A DNA stretch of 64,000 nucleotides. Source: Yuukianura sp. NJ FZ-2021 (Eukaryota). The stretch lies in the NCBI GenBank assembly GCA_046563655.1, contig CM102290.1, positions 6,076,001 to 6,140,000 on the forward strand, given 5' to 3'. The first letter of the stretch is position 1; each line of letters opens with the position of its first letter. Under the pieces are notes generated by a model. It did not search any database and was not told where the DNA came from. It saw nothing but the letters and a program-made list of their open reading frames with translations. Positions 1-10,950 of this stretch are shown here, in pieces. Made by a program: the position numbers and the translations under genes.

Positions 1-207
1 GTAGTAATGCTAAAAGCGTTGACTGTTACACACGAAAGATTGAGAGAGCGGTACCTTTGTCATACACATACTATCCCTTCTCTAGTGCGCAAGTCAGTAG
101 TACAATAGTACTATTTTCACATTAAAGTAAACGCTAACCCTTTCCCTTTGATTCTCTTTTCCACACAAGTGGATTAATTTAACTCTTTCTTTGTTTCTTT
201 CTTTTAA

Positions 208-459
208 CTCTTCGAAGAACCAATCTTTGATGTTAGTCTCGCATCAACCTCAGCTACGGAATTCCATTCAATCAACTCACTTTCAGACAATCAAGCCCCT
301 ATGGAATTTTTTGTACAAGGAAATCAAACTGAACTAATCGACTTGTCTGAAACGAAACTTTATTTAAAAGTTAAAATTGTAAAGTCGAACGGCACGGATT
401 TGGATGACAACAGCATTGTTGCTCCAGCCAACAATTTCCTTCACTCGCTATTTCTACAG
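208..459 (+). pseudogene. Polinton A major capsid protein (PY/MCP), N-terminal fragment
   Basis: The frame reads LFEEPIFDVSL...PMEFFVQGNQTELIDLSETKLYLKVKIVKSNG...VAPANNFLHSLFLQ, a typical Polinton MCP N-terminus resembling 15930-17231. It stops at the BEL LTR and resumes in frame (CSIYLNQVLIT) after the TACAG duplication at 29305-29309. The start codon was not found. Confidence 0.88.
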
Positions 460-830
460 TGAAATGATTTGAGCGCTGGTTCTGATTGGGTCCGAAGATG
501 ATTTAAGTTTTACTAGTTTATTTACATAATTAATCGAATACTTGAGTGGAAAGGAAAATTCTATCTTAGATTGTGGTCTGAAACCAAAAGAGACGCAGCA
601 AAGACTTATGAATGAATGAATACTACTAAAAGACAAAAAGTACACACAACTTCTTTTCCCCTAAGAACTAATGTAAAAGTGTATTGTTGTTGTTCGGGCT
701 TGAGTCGGAGGCCAGTTCGGAAGCATTCGATGATGCTATTTTAAATCAGAAAGAAAAAACCGCTTCCTCACTGGGATCATCTCAACCTGACACAACGGTA
801 TCAGAATGAAACTATCAATTCACCCAAACA
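460..830 (-). repeat. BEL/Pao 3' LTR (371 bp)
   Basis: Runs TGAAATG...CCCAAACA. It matches 28924-29304 with about 7 substitutions plus a 9-bp and a 1-bp indel by eye. A PPT-position motif GGTGGCCGGCA lies at 831-841 on the minus strand. Confidence 0.96.
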
Positions 831-863
831 TGCCGGCCACCATGACAGATCTCTGTCATCAAA

Positions 864-1106
864 TTAAACACTAAGAGACTCTTGACACCCTGATAAGGAA
901 CAGAGAGGGACAGTGATCGGATGAGCCAATCGAGCAGCGCTAGGCCTACTCTTCCCCGTCAAAACTAAGGGTAGGCTCAATTTACTTGACCTCCACTGAA
1001 GCAAGAAGAAAATGAAAGTGATCAGCAGCGTCAAGGTCACGTTATCTCCCAACGAAGTAAAAATCCAAATGAAAAGACACGGCATGTGGCAAATGACAAC
1101 TTCCAT
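864..1106 (-). CDS. Small hydrophobic ORF between BEL integrase and the 3' LTR (possible spliced exon)
   Basis: 80 aa with hydrophobic segments (CLFIWIF; VTLTLLITFIFFLLQW) followed by basic residues. It is preceded by a strong acceptor TTTTATTCTTTAATTTCAG ending near 1112. Confidence 0.3.
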   Translation of the reverse strand: MEVVICHMPCLFIWIFTSLGDNVTLTLLITFIFFLLQWRSSKLSLPLVLTGKSRPSAARLAHPITVPLCSLSGCQESLSV

Positions 1107-1273
1107 CTGATCTGAAATTAAAGAATAAAATGAAATTAACCTAAAGTTAAACCAATGTTGAAATGTAAAATTGAAAAGTAAAATTATGACTTAACTAATG
1201 AAATAGCCTATCATTAAACTCGAAATCATGCAAATTAAAAAACTGAGTAGATGACGTATTGTTTGTAGAAGAG

Positions 1274-4200
1274 TTATGTAATGACGATTGACTTGATTAG
1301 AGGTTCAGCTTCATCTTCCAATTCTTCTCGTTGTAACAATGGAGCGATCTTCACAACAGGACGAGTGAATGAGCCAGTTTCTGTCTTGACGGTAACTACT
1401 CGAACGTAACCGTCGTCACCAGGATGAGTTTCCGTCACTCGAGCCAATCTCCACTTCAACGGTGGTTGGTTATCTTCGATCATGGTGACCAAATCTCCGG
1501 TTTTGATGTTATTAGCAGGATTTCGCCATTTCTGCCGTTCTTGGAGTCCGGCCAAGTACTCCTTGGACCACCTAGTCCAAAACGTTTGACAAATCTTCTG
1601 CTGCCTCTCCCATCTGGCCAATCTGTTAATTGGAACTTCCACGACGTTAGGTTGTGGCAATGCAACCAATGATCTCCCAATCAGAAAATGAGCCGGAGTC
1701 AATGCTTCTAGGTCATCGAGTCCATCTGTCAACTCGCAAAGTGGCCTAGAATTCAAAATTGCCTCAATCTGGCACAACACAGTTATGAACTCCGATAATG
1801 TTAAAATGTCAATACCAATGATAGTTTTAAGATGAAACTTTACGCTTTTTACCGCTACTTCCCATAACCCACCCTGATGAGGTGCTGCAGGAGGATTGAA
1901 ATGCCATTCAATCCCATCAGCAGCCAAATTGGAGTAAATGTCAGCGTTAAATGATTCGGACAAAATGATCTCCCGTAGTTCATTGTCCAAACCGACGAAA
2001 TTACTTCCACAGTCGGAAAACATATGACTCGGCTTACCCCTTCTCGAAATGAAGCGTTTAAAGGCTCCCATGAAACCCCAGTGGTAAGATCCGTAACCAC
2101 TTCAATATGAATGGTCTTGATGACGAAACATACGAAGACTGAGATGTATGCCTTGAAGGGCTTCCTGCCTCTGCCACCAATCGATTGTAGTGTGAAGGGG
2201 CCCCCAAAGTCAACTCCTGTCTTCTCAAATATGGCAGCAGGACGAACTCTTGCTTCTGGCAGATTACCCATCATCTGCTTCCATGCCATGCCTCGAACTT
2301 TCCTACATTTGATACACTTTCGCAGCTTGTCCTTGACACAGTTTCTCACCCGCAGTATCCAGAACCGTTGTCGTAATTCCGATCTCATGACCATCTCACC
2401 AGCATGGAGTAACTTCTTATGGAGACTACGAACCAGCAGTTTCGTAAATGTTGATCAGCCGTCCAGAATCACCTGATGTTTGGTGTCCTCGGTCAGATCC
2501 GATTTCACCAGTCTCCCATCGACTCGTAGGTGACCATGGCCATCTAAAAATGGGTTTAAACACAAAATGGAACTTACGGCCTTTACTCTTTTACCAACAC
2601 TGAGACGATTGATTTCCTCTGCGAAATCTTACCTTTGGTAAATCCAAATGCACTTGAGGAGTGACCAATCCACTTCCACAGCGGATAATGGTGACAATGA
2701 GCCTTGAAGTTGCCCAATCGTCCTCTTATGCTCCTTACAGTTCCGAATGAAGCGAATGATGTAGCCCATGACCTTTGTGAGCTTTCCTATGTCTGAATAC
2801 TTATTCAGAATAGATTCAAAAAGACAATTATGATGCACCAAGTTAACCTTACGTTCTTCCGGTTTCTGCTTGTCAATTTCCTTTTGACACTGGAAGTTTG
2901 GTACTCCTGGACTCCAAAGGAACTCGGTCCCTTCCACCACAGGTCGAAACGAACCAATTCATCGACCGTGAGTCCACGACTTGCACAATCTGCAGGATTG
3001 ATGGTTCCAGGAATGAAACGAAAAGACTCGACTGGCAGAAGTTCCTGGATCTCAGAAACTCTGTTCGCGACGAAGTTCGCAAATCGTCTGGATGGTGAAG
3101 AGATCCACTTCAGCACGATCTCACTGTCGCTCCAGCAGTAGATCTGACATTGTAATTCTGTGGCAGTGACGACCGAGTTGATCAGTTTGGCCAAGAGAAG
3201 AGCCCCACACAATTCCAGACGTGGAAGACTTTGGGCTTTCAGTGGTGCGACTTTAGTCTTTGCTGCAACGATCCGAACTGAAATCAAAGAACTAAACGAT
3301 CGCACGTAAACAACGGCTCCGTATGCCCTCTCAGAGGCGTCGGAAAAGCCATCAATTTTCAGAATATGACCACAAATTATCAATCTCGGAATTTTAATGA
3401 TGGATAACTTACTAACCCCATCCAAGTAGCAAATCCACCCCTCCAAAATGGAATCCGGGATCGGAGCATCCCATTCCATTTTCTTTCCGTCTTCACGGTC
3501 CAGTGTCCAGAGCTTCTGAAAAATCAGTTTCCCAGTGACCGTGAATGGAGCGAGGAATCCCAGTGGGTCGTAGACTCTGGCAATTTCCTTCAGAAGGTGT
3601 CTCCTTGTAAAATCCTTCTGAGTTGACCAGTAACTTGGAAAAGAAAAGACATCGTCCCTAGAGTCCCACTGAACTCCTAGGGTTTTCGATACATCGTCAT
3701 CAGTTAGACAAACCAGATTAGACACATTTTCGTTACCATGATCATTTTTCAACCTCATTTCATCACAATTTGACACCCACTTACGCAATTCTAGACCAGC
3801 AGTCTTCAGGACAGCATTTAACTGCCGCTTGACCTCTAACGCCTTAGTTACCGAGTCGTAACTTACCAAAAGGTCATCAACGTACACATGCTTCCTGAGA
3901 GCCTCTGCTGCTAATGGTAATTCTGCTCCTCTGTCCTCTGCAATTTGATTAAGAAGATGTGTGGCCAAAAATGGAGCAGAAGCGGTGCCGTACGTAATCG
4001 TTGTGAGCCGATATTCACGAATTGGCTCATCAGGTGACTCTCTCCATAAGATTCGCTGCATGTCCTTGTCTGTTGGGGAAACTAAAAATTGTCTGTACAT
4101 TTTGGCAATGTCAGACTTTAATGCGACCTTATGCAAGCGAAATCTTAGCAAATGAGTAAAAATGTCAGGTTGTACCACAGGACCCACCATCATGAAATCA

Positions 4201-4437
4201 TTCAGAGACTTACCACTGGTGGTCTTACATGACCCGTCGAAAACTACTCGCAGTTTCGTGGTCAGACTGTCTTCTTTTAAGACGGAATAATGTGGCAAGT
4301 AGTTAGTGACCCCAACTACCTCTCCACACTCATCTTCAGGAACTGCTTCCATGTGACCCAAATCCAAGTACTCCTTCATGAAAGCAGAATACTGAGCCTT
4401 ATGCTCTTCGTCCTTGGCCAGTTTTCTTTCTAATTTC
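1274..4437 (-). pseudogene. pol: BEL/Pao pol 3' part: RT, RNase H, integrase (frameshifted)
   Basis: ORFs 2805-4379 (YLPHYSV, LRVVFDGS, DIAKMYRQ, YVDD, FSDASERAYG, PRLELCGA), 2629-2940, 1855-2394 (CxxC, GVDFGGPF) and 1274-2071 (SDCGSNF, GGLWE, LTPAHFLIG, RPVVKIAPL), joined by frameshifts. Confidence 0.95.
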
Positions 4438-4930
4438 TATAGTGATAATGCAAAAGATGATTGATTATTGGTGTGGTAGCTCCACTCGGAATAAACGAGG
4501 AGTTAACAAGTTCCATTGATCTCTAGCATCCAAGTTTTGTTCTAGCTGGAAGTTTACGACTAAAATAATCAGACTTAAAAGGATTTCTGAATTCCTAATC
4601 CGAATTCTTTCCATTACTCCAATCAGAACGGGAGTGTATAGTTCAGTAAAAACTAGGTGATGATAAAGGACTAAAACTTTACGATGACTTTCTTTTGAAT
4701 CTGATGTTCACTGAATGCTAAAAGTAGTTTCTTTAAGAAATGCCTTCATAAAACAATAAAACTAAACAATAGTGATTCAGTTCTTCGCTGGACTCGAGGT
4801 ACTTCCTTCCTTCTGGAGACCTTTATATCTATGGCCAATCTGATGTCAGCCACCCAACAGCTTGGAATACCTTCTATTCTAAACAACTTCTGCTCTTATC
4901 TTTCTTACATTTCTAGCGATTAAAAAAAAT
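4438..4930 (-). other. LTR-like non-coding fragment of uncertain origin
   Basis: TATA-like GATATAAAG on the minus strand near 4821-4829 and no ORF. It does not visibly match the LTR-like region at 26000-26626. Confidence 0.3.
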
Positions 4931-5134
4931 TATTGGGTGCAAACTCACAATGTGAGTGCCTTCCCCAACTTGGCCTCCTGCTACTCCTGGAGTAGCGTTT
5001 GTCAATGGCTCGAGGAATCCCGCTTCCTGTTTATCATGAATTCGAAGTCTTCTTTTTGAATGAGAATGTCAATGACATCCTTAGGCGTCTTTGGTTGACG
5101 AAGAAAGACCTCATAGCTTTCTTCGGGATTTAAA
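4930..5134 (-). pseudogene. gag: Gypsy-like gag, C-terminal continuation
   Basis: Removing Polinton B and one TTTAAA copy gives ...INYLLKGL-NPEESYEVFLRQPKTPKDVIDILIQKEDFEF, the GLxP...PxT capsid C-terminal pattern, in frame. Confidence 0.85.
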
Positions 5135-5172
5135 AGTTAGTAGTGAATGTCCATTATTAGAAAGTAGGTCAA
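5135..5172 (+). repeat. Left terminal inverted repeat of Polinton B
   Basis: AGTTAGTAGTGAATGTCCATTATTAGAAAGTAGGTCAA is the exact reverse complement of 21601-21638. A second inverted block pairs ~5398-5464 with ~21168-21232. Confidence 0.95.
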
Positions 5173-5670
5173 TTCAAAATAAAACTGTGCTAAATTTTAA
5201 ACTAACTATCGTTTTCCAGCTTTTTTTTCAGTTTCAAATTCAATGCTATGCCTTATACTTTATGTGGCTAAGCTCTTCTTTTGAACAACATTGAATTTGA
5301 AACTGAAAATAACTGGAAAAGGAAAACCTAACCTAATGAACATGGTTCATTCCCATTTGCCATTAAACAAATGACGTTTCTTCAGCACTGAATCTATGAG
5401 ATTTGAACAAAAAGAATTGAGATGGCGCTTGAGTTGGATTTTGCAAAGAACGGGTGGATTCTTCATTTCTGTTTCTTTTCATTTTTTTTCTCAAAAATTG
5501 AAAAACATTTCCAAAGCTGTTTCAAAAGAAAAGCAAACTAATCAGACATGTGCTCCGAGTGAGTATAAAAACTCCTTGAAGCTGTAGAGTTTTTTCAGTT
5601 TGATTCCAGAAAGAGCTTAAAGTTGTTGTTTGTAGGAAGTGCTTCATCGAGCTATTCCATTATTTCAGAA

Positions 5671-6107
5671 ATGTCAAAGGATTCTGCACCTCTCGCTGGT
5701 AAGATTAAAAACTGGCAACACCTGAACTTTGACCTTAGAGATTTCTCTTTTCAGATTGCCCCAACAGACAGGAGAAACCCCTTGCTCAACTCCTAGATGA
5801 GCTCTATCAAGAAGACGAGTACGGGCGTGGCGTTATAAAGCACAACTGCTGGAACCGTGAGGGTCACCGGGACTGCTACTTTTTTGACGCAGAATTCATT
5901 GAAGCAAAAAGAAAGAAAGAGCTGGCAGATGAACTTGCCGCGTATTTCGATGAAGATGAACTGGAAAAGTTCTTGAAAGATATGAAGAGTTGCTCATTAG
6001 GTTGCGGACAAACAGGATTTCAGTGCTCCGAGACTCCGTGCCTTTTGGCAAATTCGCTCGACGACAACGCAGAAGACATTATGGATAGGATTGACTCGAT
6101 AAACTGA
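5671..6107 (+). CDS. Two-exon Cys/His-containing orphan protein, paralog of 12601-13046
   Basis: MSKDSAPLA, then a GT-AG intron at 5699-5754, then DCPNRQEKPLAQLLDEL...KHNCWNREGHRDCYFFD...CSLGCGQTGFQCSETPCLL...stop. TATAAAA at ~5564 and TCAGTT at ~5596 lie upstream. It is missed by the ORF track. Confidence 0.8.
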
Positions 6108-6225
6108 CCCCTGTTTTAGTTTTGAGTTTCATTTATTCTCGAAAATTTGGTTCCAAAAAAATTAAAAAATTATTCTTTTTAAGCAACAAATTGTTTCAAC
6201 AATAGGAAAACTTGGTATTTGGAAT

Positions 6226-6310
6226 AAAAAAAAAGTAGAACCACACGAGATTTGAACCCAAGTCAACAAGAAATTTCAGAACACGCTCATATCATTGAAC
6301 CATTTGTGCC
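6226..6310 (-). ncRNA. Candidate Pol III (A-box/B-box) tRNA-like small RNA
   Basis: On the minus strand: TGGTTCAATGA (6302-6292), GGTTCAAATC (6258-6249), then a T9 run (6234-6226). No convincing full cloverleaf. Confidence 0.35.
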
Positions 6311-6350
6311 GTGTTAAAAATTCATGCAAATTAAATACAGTTGAATGGAA

Positions 6351-6425
6351 CTCTATGACAACTTTTATTAGCAAACCCAAAATTCGTAATCTCTATGACA
6401 ACTTTTATTAGCAAACCCAAAATTC
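6351..6425. repeat. Two-copy 35-bp direct repeat (40-bp period) downstream of the helicase stop
   Basis: CTCTATGACAACTTTTATTAGCAAACCCAAAATTC at 6351 and at 6391. Confidence 0.9.
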
Positions 6426-6446
6426 ATAATGCTACCATAAAACTGT

Positions 6447-8372
6447 TTATTTTAAATCTAAAATTAAATTGAAATTCGTGTTGGTGTTGGCTTCCATGGC
6501 TTCTAGGCGCTGTAATTCCTCCTGCCATTGCCGAATAGCTAGGCTCCTATGTCCCACGACCAGATTTGGACTGAATGGGTGCTGGAACATTAATCCGTCC
6601 AGAGTTGTGACACGACCTAAATTTTAAATTTCATTATTAAGCTTGAAAAAATACGAAAAAAAAATGCAAAAAAAATGTTTCTTACTCATTGCTAAATAAA
6701 CCAACTGTGGCGCTTGACTAGTAAACATTGTTGATGTGTCACCGGGTGCTGGATTCCCCACCACTACCCGTTTGCAAGTTTTGCCCTATAAAGAAAAAAC
6801 AAATGATCAAATGTTTTTAGCATAGTCTTGAGGTAATTCACCTGTGCCTTGTGACATGTCATTCCCCAAGCCAGTTGCAATGGGAATAACTTTCTTTGGT
6901 AAGTTCTTCCCGCATACTTGTCATAGTATGGCATCACGAGCGGAACTATAGGAATATCTCTCCTGAGTGGGTATGGAACGCCAAAATATGTGTCGGGACG
7001 GACGAAAACGAAACTTGGAACTCCGTTTTCGTCTACTTCGGTTGAAATCTGAGTGACTGTGACTAGTGCTCCGTTGTAAAGTCCTGTTTAGAAAAATCAG
7101 AAATTAGTCTTTTTAAAATTAATATGGTTACTATGGTATACCTGCTGCGACAAAAAGATTCTTGGTTAACATGCAGCGGGCTCCAACCGCTAGCTTCAAT
7201 TTGTCGCCAGTCTTTGTCTCATCTCGCATGTCGATGGCGTCCACCTCCGTAATGTCAACGCCCAGCTCCGAAATTCGTTTTCTATTTTTTTTACATTTTT
7301 AATAGTATGCATAAATTCAGTATCTTATAGAGACTTACTCATTGTAACTATTCACGTTGTGATTTTCTGCAAAGAGAACAGGAGCGGAGAGGAAAAGTGA
7401 AAGCTCTTCCGCAGTCAGGACTGAAGAAAGTTGTTCCAAAGACCTCAATTGCAGCGCTTCAATGTCTTGTTCTTCTAGTTTTCCGCACCGTACGCGCGAC
7501 AAAATTTCTTTCAACTTGGCTTGAGACTCGTCTTGCCGCATAATTTCTGTCAGTATTATGCATTTGTTAAAATGCGCGTACGCCTTGATCCCATCCAAGC
7601 ACAAGCCTTCGGCATGCGCAGACTTGTAGTATAAGGGTCGATCTGCCACTGGACTTAGCCTTAAACATCAAACATTATTATTATGAGGTATACACATTTA
7701 AATGTGTAACTTACTGTGCCAGGTCACCCATGGCCAACACCGTTAGACCTCCAAATGGTTCTTGTGTGTGGTTCTCGCTTCTGAAAATTGCCCGAAGTCT
7801 TCGCTCCATGTATCCCAGGAGACCAACCCCGAGCATAAAAACTTCGTCAATTATTAAAAGTCGTACTCCCTTCAGTCTCTCCCTTGGAAATTCGACATAT
7901 TTTTCCGGGTCATGCTTTCGATGACCTAGACTTAATGAGAGGCCGCTGTGAACAGTTATTCCTCCCGCGTTGAATGCCGCTGCACCAGTAAATGCAAAGA
8001 CACGGAAACGAATCTTCCTCTTTTCAAAATAGCCTCTTAAATAGTGTATTATGAAGCTTTTTCCTAAATTTTGAGAACAATAAATAATTTCAAATGAAAT
8101 TTCTAAAGAAATGGCTGTTGCTTGCCTGTCCCAGCCGCGCCGTGGCACAAAATGAATTCCTGGTTACGAGCAGAGAGGGCTTCAGTCACCAGTTTTGCAG
8201 TTTGTCGCTGCTTGGAATTGAGCTGCTCTAGTTCAACGACCGGAAATACTCTGTTGACGGGCTGAGTTTTGCAGTATTCTAAAAACGTTAATGGATTACT
8301 CGGAACCAACTTGTGTACAACGTTTCCGCTTTCTCCTTTCTCCAGCTTTCGTTTGAGTGAACTTTTATCCAT
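6447..8372 (-). CDS. PIF1-family SF1B DNA helicase, 7 exons, apparently intact
   Basis: Introns at 8064-8125 (GC-AG), 7660-7714, 7282-7338, 7084-7141, 6786-6841 and 6617-6685. Splicing restores GAAGTGKS, AFTGAAA, IIDEVFM, GDLAQLSPV, LTEIMRQ, LAVGARCMLTKNL..GLYNG, FPLQLAWGMTCHKAQGKT and YLAMSRV. Confidence 0.92.
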
Positions 8373-8374
8373 CT

Positions 8375-8881
8375 TTACAGTCTGCAACGCTTGATGGACT
8401 TTACGGGCAGACGTGAAGAGTAGAAAACGTTAAAGTTTTTCAAAATTTCTTCTTGAATGTAAGCGGCGTCCAATGCGGTGACTCTTCCAATTTTGAATCT
8501 AAATCCGCCAAACGTAAATGGCTCTTTGCTGCTCCAACGCTGAATACTACACAAAATCTCCACAATACTCAAAGGCTTCGAAGGCTTTGTCGACGGGCAG
8601 ACGTGTTGCGCAAATCCGTCCCACACAATGTCGCAGTTTGTGCACTGCGAGTAGTCTTCCCGAACAATTTTCTCAATGTCTTGGCAGCGCGACTTAGTAA
8701 GTCTGTCTTTGATTACTTTGATTCTGATTGGACTAAATATTTTTACACATTTACAGCAATGATGTGTAGATGAATTCATACTGACTGGCTTAAGAAATTT
8801 TGCAGACTTAAAAACGATTTTAAGGCGGGATTTTATACGACTGTTTTTGATGCTAACGCTGTAGGGGTTACCTTCGGTCAT
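8375..8881 (-). CDS. Hypothetical Cys-rich basic protein (possible Zn-binding)
   Basis: Open 168 codons from the first ATG, with HHCCKC and CTNC...HVC. It ends next to the helicase start. Confidence 0.55.
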   Translation of the reverse strand: MTEGNPYSVSIKNSRIKSRLKIVFKSAKFLKPVSMNSSTHHCCKCVKIFSPIRIKVIKDRLTKSRCQDIEKIVREDYSQCTNCDIVWDGFAQHVCPSTKPSKPLSIVEILCSIQRWSSKEPFTFGGFRFKIGRVTALDAAYIQEEILKNFNVFYSSRLPVKSIKRCRL

Positions 8882-9462
8882 TGAACTGAGCACAAAAGCC
8901 TGGAGGGTAGTAACCAGCCAAAGTTCTTCAACCCTATCGAGGACAATGCAAAATTGCAAAATTGGAGAGTCGTGAAGCGCCGCTTTGTTGTCCGAGATAT
9001 AATTTCGTGATATTCAAATTGCAAGGAGAGAATAACATGAATGGATAATCATTGTTGGAGCTAAGATTCTTCATCCCTAAAGAGCACAATGCCCAGATTA
9101 GGGAGTCGTGACGTGCCGCTTTGTCGGCCTGGAGATAATTTGTTTTGATATTCAAAATTTAACATAATTGAGCAATTGAATTGTATTAAGATGGTAATGA
9201 TCGTATCTCCGACGGAGTGCACTGGCCCTTCCGCAACTGTCTGAAAAAGTCGCCGGTCGTCCGAGGTCAAAAGTTTATCGCCGAAACGGCGTTGGGGGGG
9301 GGAGGTAGGGTGGGGACCAAGCACAGCATTGGATTGGCTAGTTCATGAACCTCAGGGGTCACGCGGGGCTGAAATTTTCCCTTAAAAAGGCCCGGATTCG
9401 AGGTCCAGTCACCAGTACTTTCACAAATTCAAGAACGTCAGCCAAAGTAACGCAGCTCGAAG

Positions 9463-10364
9463 ATGGGAAGCAATAGCGCTGGTTAGTATTTACAATTGAT
9501 ACTAAAGTTTCTTTTTGGAGCTAATTCTTTTAAAATGTTTTCAGAAATTCCAACGCAAAAGGTGGGAGCGTTTAGAAGACGCTTGGACTTTGATGACGCA
9601 GATGAAGCTACACCGGCCGTCAGGAGTCGACGGGCCATTGACTTGTTGACCGGCGTCGCCAATCCGGGTGGCCAGGACGTCGTGGAGGGAAGACCGCCGA
9701 ACACTCCTTTTATTTTCACCGAGGCATTCTCTGGGTTACCGATGAGTTACGTGAAAAAGGCAAAGCAACTGGAGCTTGGGCCAAAGAATGCGCAAGCGTT
9801 CTTTGGTGAATTGGGGCTCGTGGAGAAGTTTGGGACGTCAACAACGTTTTACGCTCGGCTTGGATTTGACCCATTTTCTCAAAGTAAGAAAAAGAATGAT
9901 TAGTTTCAGCTCATATTTTTGACTTTTCGTCTTTTCTTTTTCTTACAGCGATGAAAATTTACATCCAAAAGCTAAATTCTAACCAAAGCCCAACGATTCT
10001 GGGGATCCTATTTCGCGAAATTGGTGTCATCGTTGAACAAATTAAATCTACCTTGGCGGAGATTGACGAGTCGGTGAAAGCTGGCACTCCTTTGTTCAAG
10101 TATGAGGCGGGAACATTGATCGAACCAAAAGAACTCTCATTCTGGACCCATGACGACACCTGGTATAGTGAAACAATGCGGTTCCGGATGCGTTTCATCA
10201 ACGTTCGCCGAGACAGATATTTTTTTTATCTTAATTCTCCCAGCGACAATTCAAAATTTGATGGCTATTTTGGGCCAAAGTTAACGTTTGGCAGAGGTGA
10301 CATTGACGCTTTTGTAAAGACGATGGAAAGCATCATTGCTAAGGTTGACCCTGAAGATTTGTAA
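9463..10364 (+). CDS. Three-exon hypothetical protein (~258 aa)
   Basis: ATG at 9463. Introns 9482-9544 and 9884-9948 (GT-AG) join ORFs 9496-9903 and 9951-10364 in frame. AATAAA at ~10385. Confidence 0.72.
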
Positions 10365-10544
10365 AGAGACAAAAAAAAGTTTTCAATAAATGTGTGGCTA
10401 TCAGCCGCTTTTTCTTCTTCAAGGTTTAAGATGCATTTTTTTTGCTCGTCGTCTACAGTATTTAAAGTCTGTAGTTTCTGCAGTGTTGCATTAGATCAGT
10501 TTTCGCTTTACAGTCTAAAAGTCTCAAAGGAAAAAAAAATAGAA

Positions 10545-10950
10545 ATGGGATCCATAGTTTCGCGTCCTTGTGACCACGAAGACTGGGACGGGTGCTCGTG
10601 CCCCCAGGAGGTCATCTATGATGACCAGAGGACTGGCGGGAACTGGCGGCGGCGCCTAACATTGGAGGCCTTTTTCCGCTACGATTGTTTACGTGCCGCT
10701 TGGCACCACTTCTGGGCAAGACGCCGCGAGATTCCAAACTACTATCTGAAGCCAGAGGAGCCGGGCGCAATGGAACATTTCCTGCACTACCGGAACATGC
10801 ACCGGATAGCGCAGATGGAGCTGATCGAGAAGAGTAAGTTAATAATTCAATAATTATCTAAACCGAAATTAATTTGGAATAATATTTTTTGTCTTTTCAG
10901 TTATATTCAATGCAAATGACGCAGATCTTCGACAGCGGAGACTTCTTTAA
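10545..10950 (+). CDS. Two-exon small protein with an N-myristoylation-like start (MGSIVS)
   Basis: ATG at 10545 downstream of TATTTAAA and TCAGTT. Intron 10834-10900, then an in-frame last exon IIFNANDADLRQRRLL*. Contains CDHEDWDGCSC. Confidence 0.65.

Noticed and set aside
1..207. End of another LTR truncating the Polinton A MCP start
   Set aside because: The composition is suggestive, but there is no partner repeat or TSD inside the window.
1424..4155. Plus-strand ORFs antisense to BEL pol (and similar shadow ORFs over MCP, gag and F-box)
   Set aside because: These are antisense or alternate-frame shadows of recognised genes with no independent motifs.
5091..5294. ORF sharing LKVSSECPLLESRS with the gag ORF tail
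   Set aside because: This is an artefact of translating the Polinton TIR and the palindromic TSD from both ends.
6447..8372. Helitron insertion
   Set aside because: No HUH Rep domain or clear TC...CTRR ends were seen, and the intron style and tight packing match the surrounding Polinton genes.
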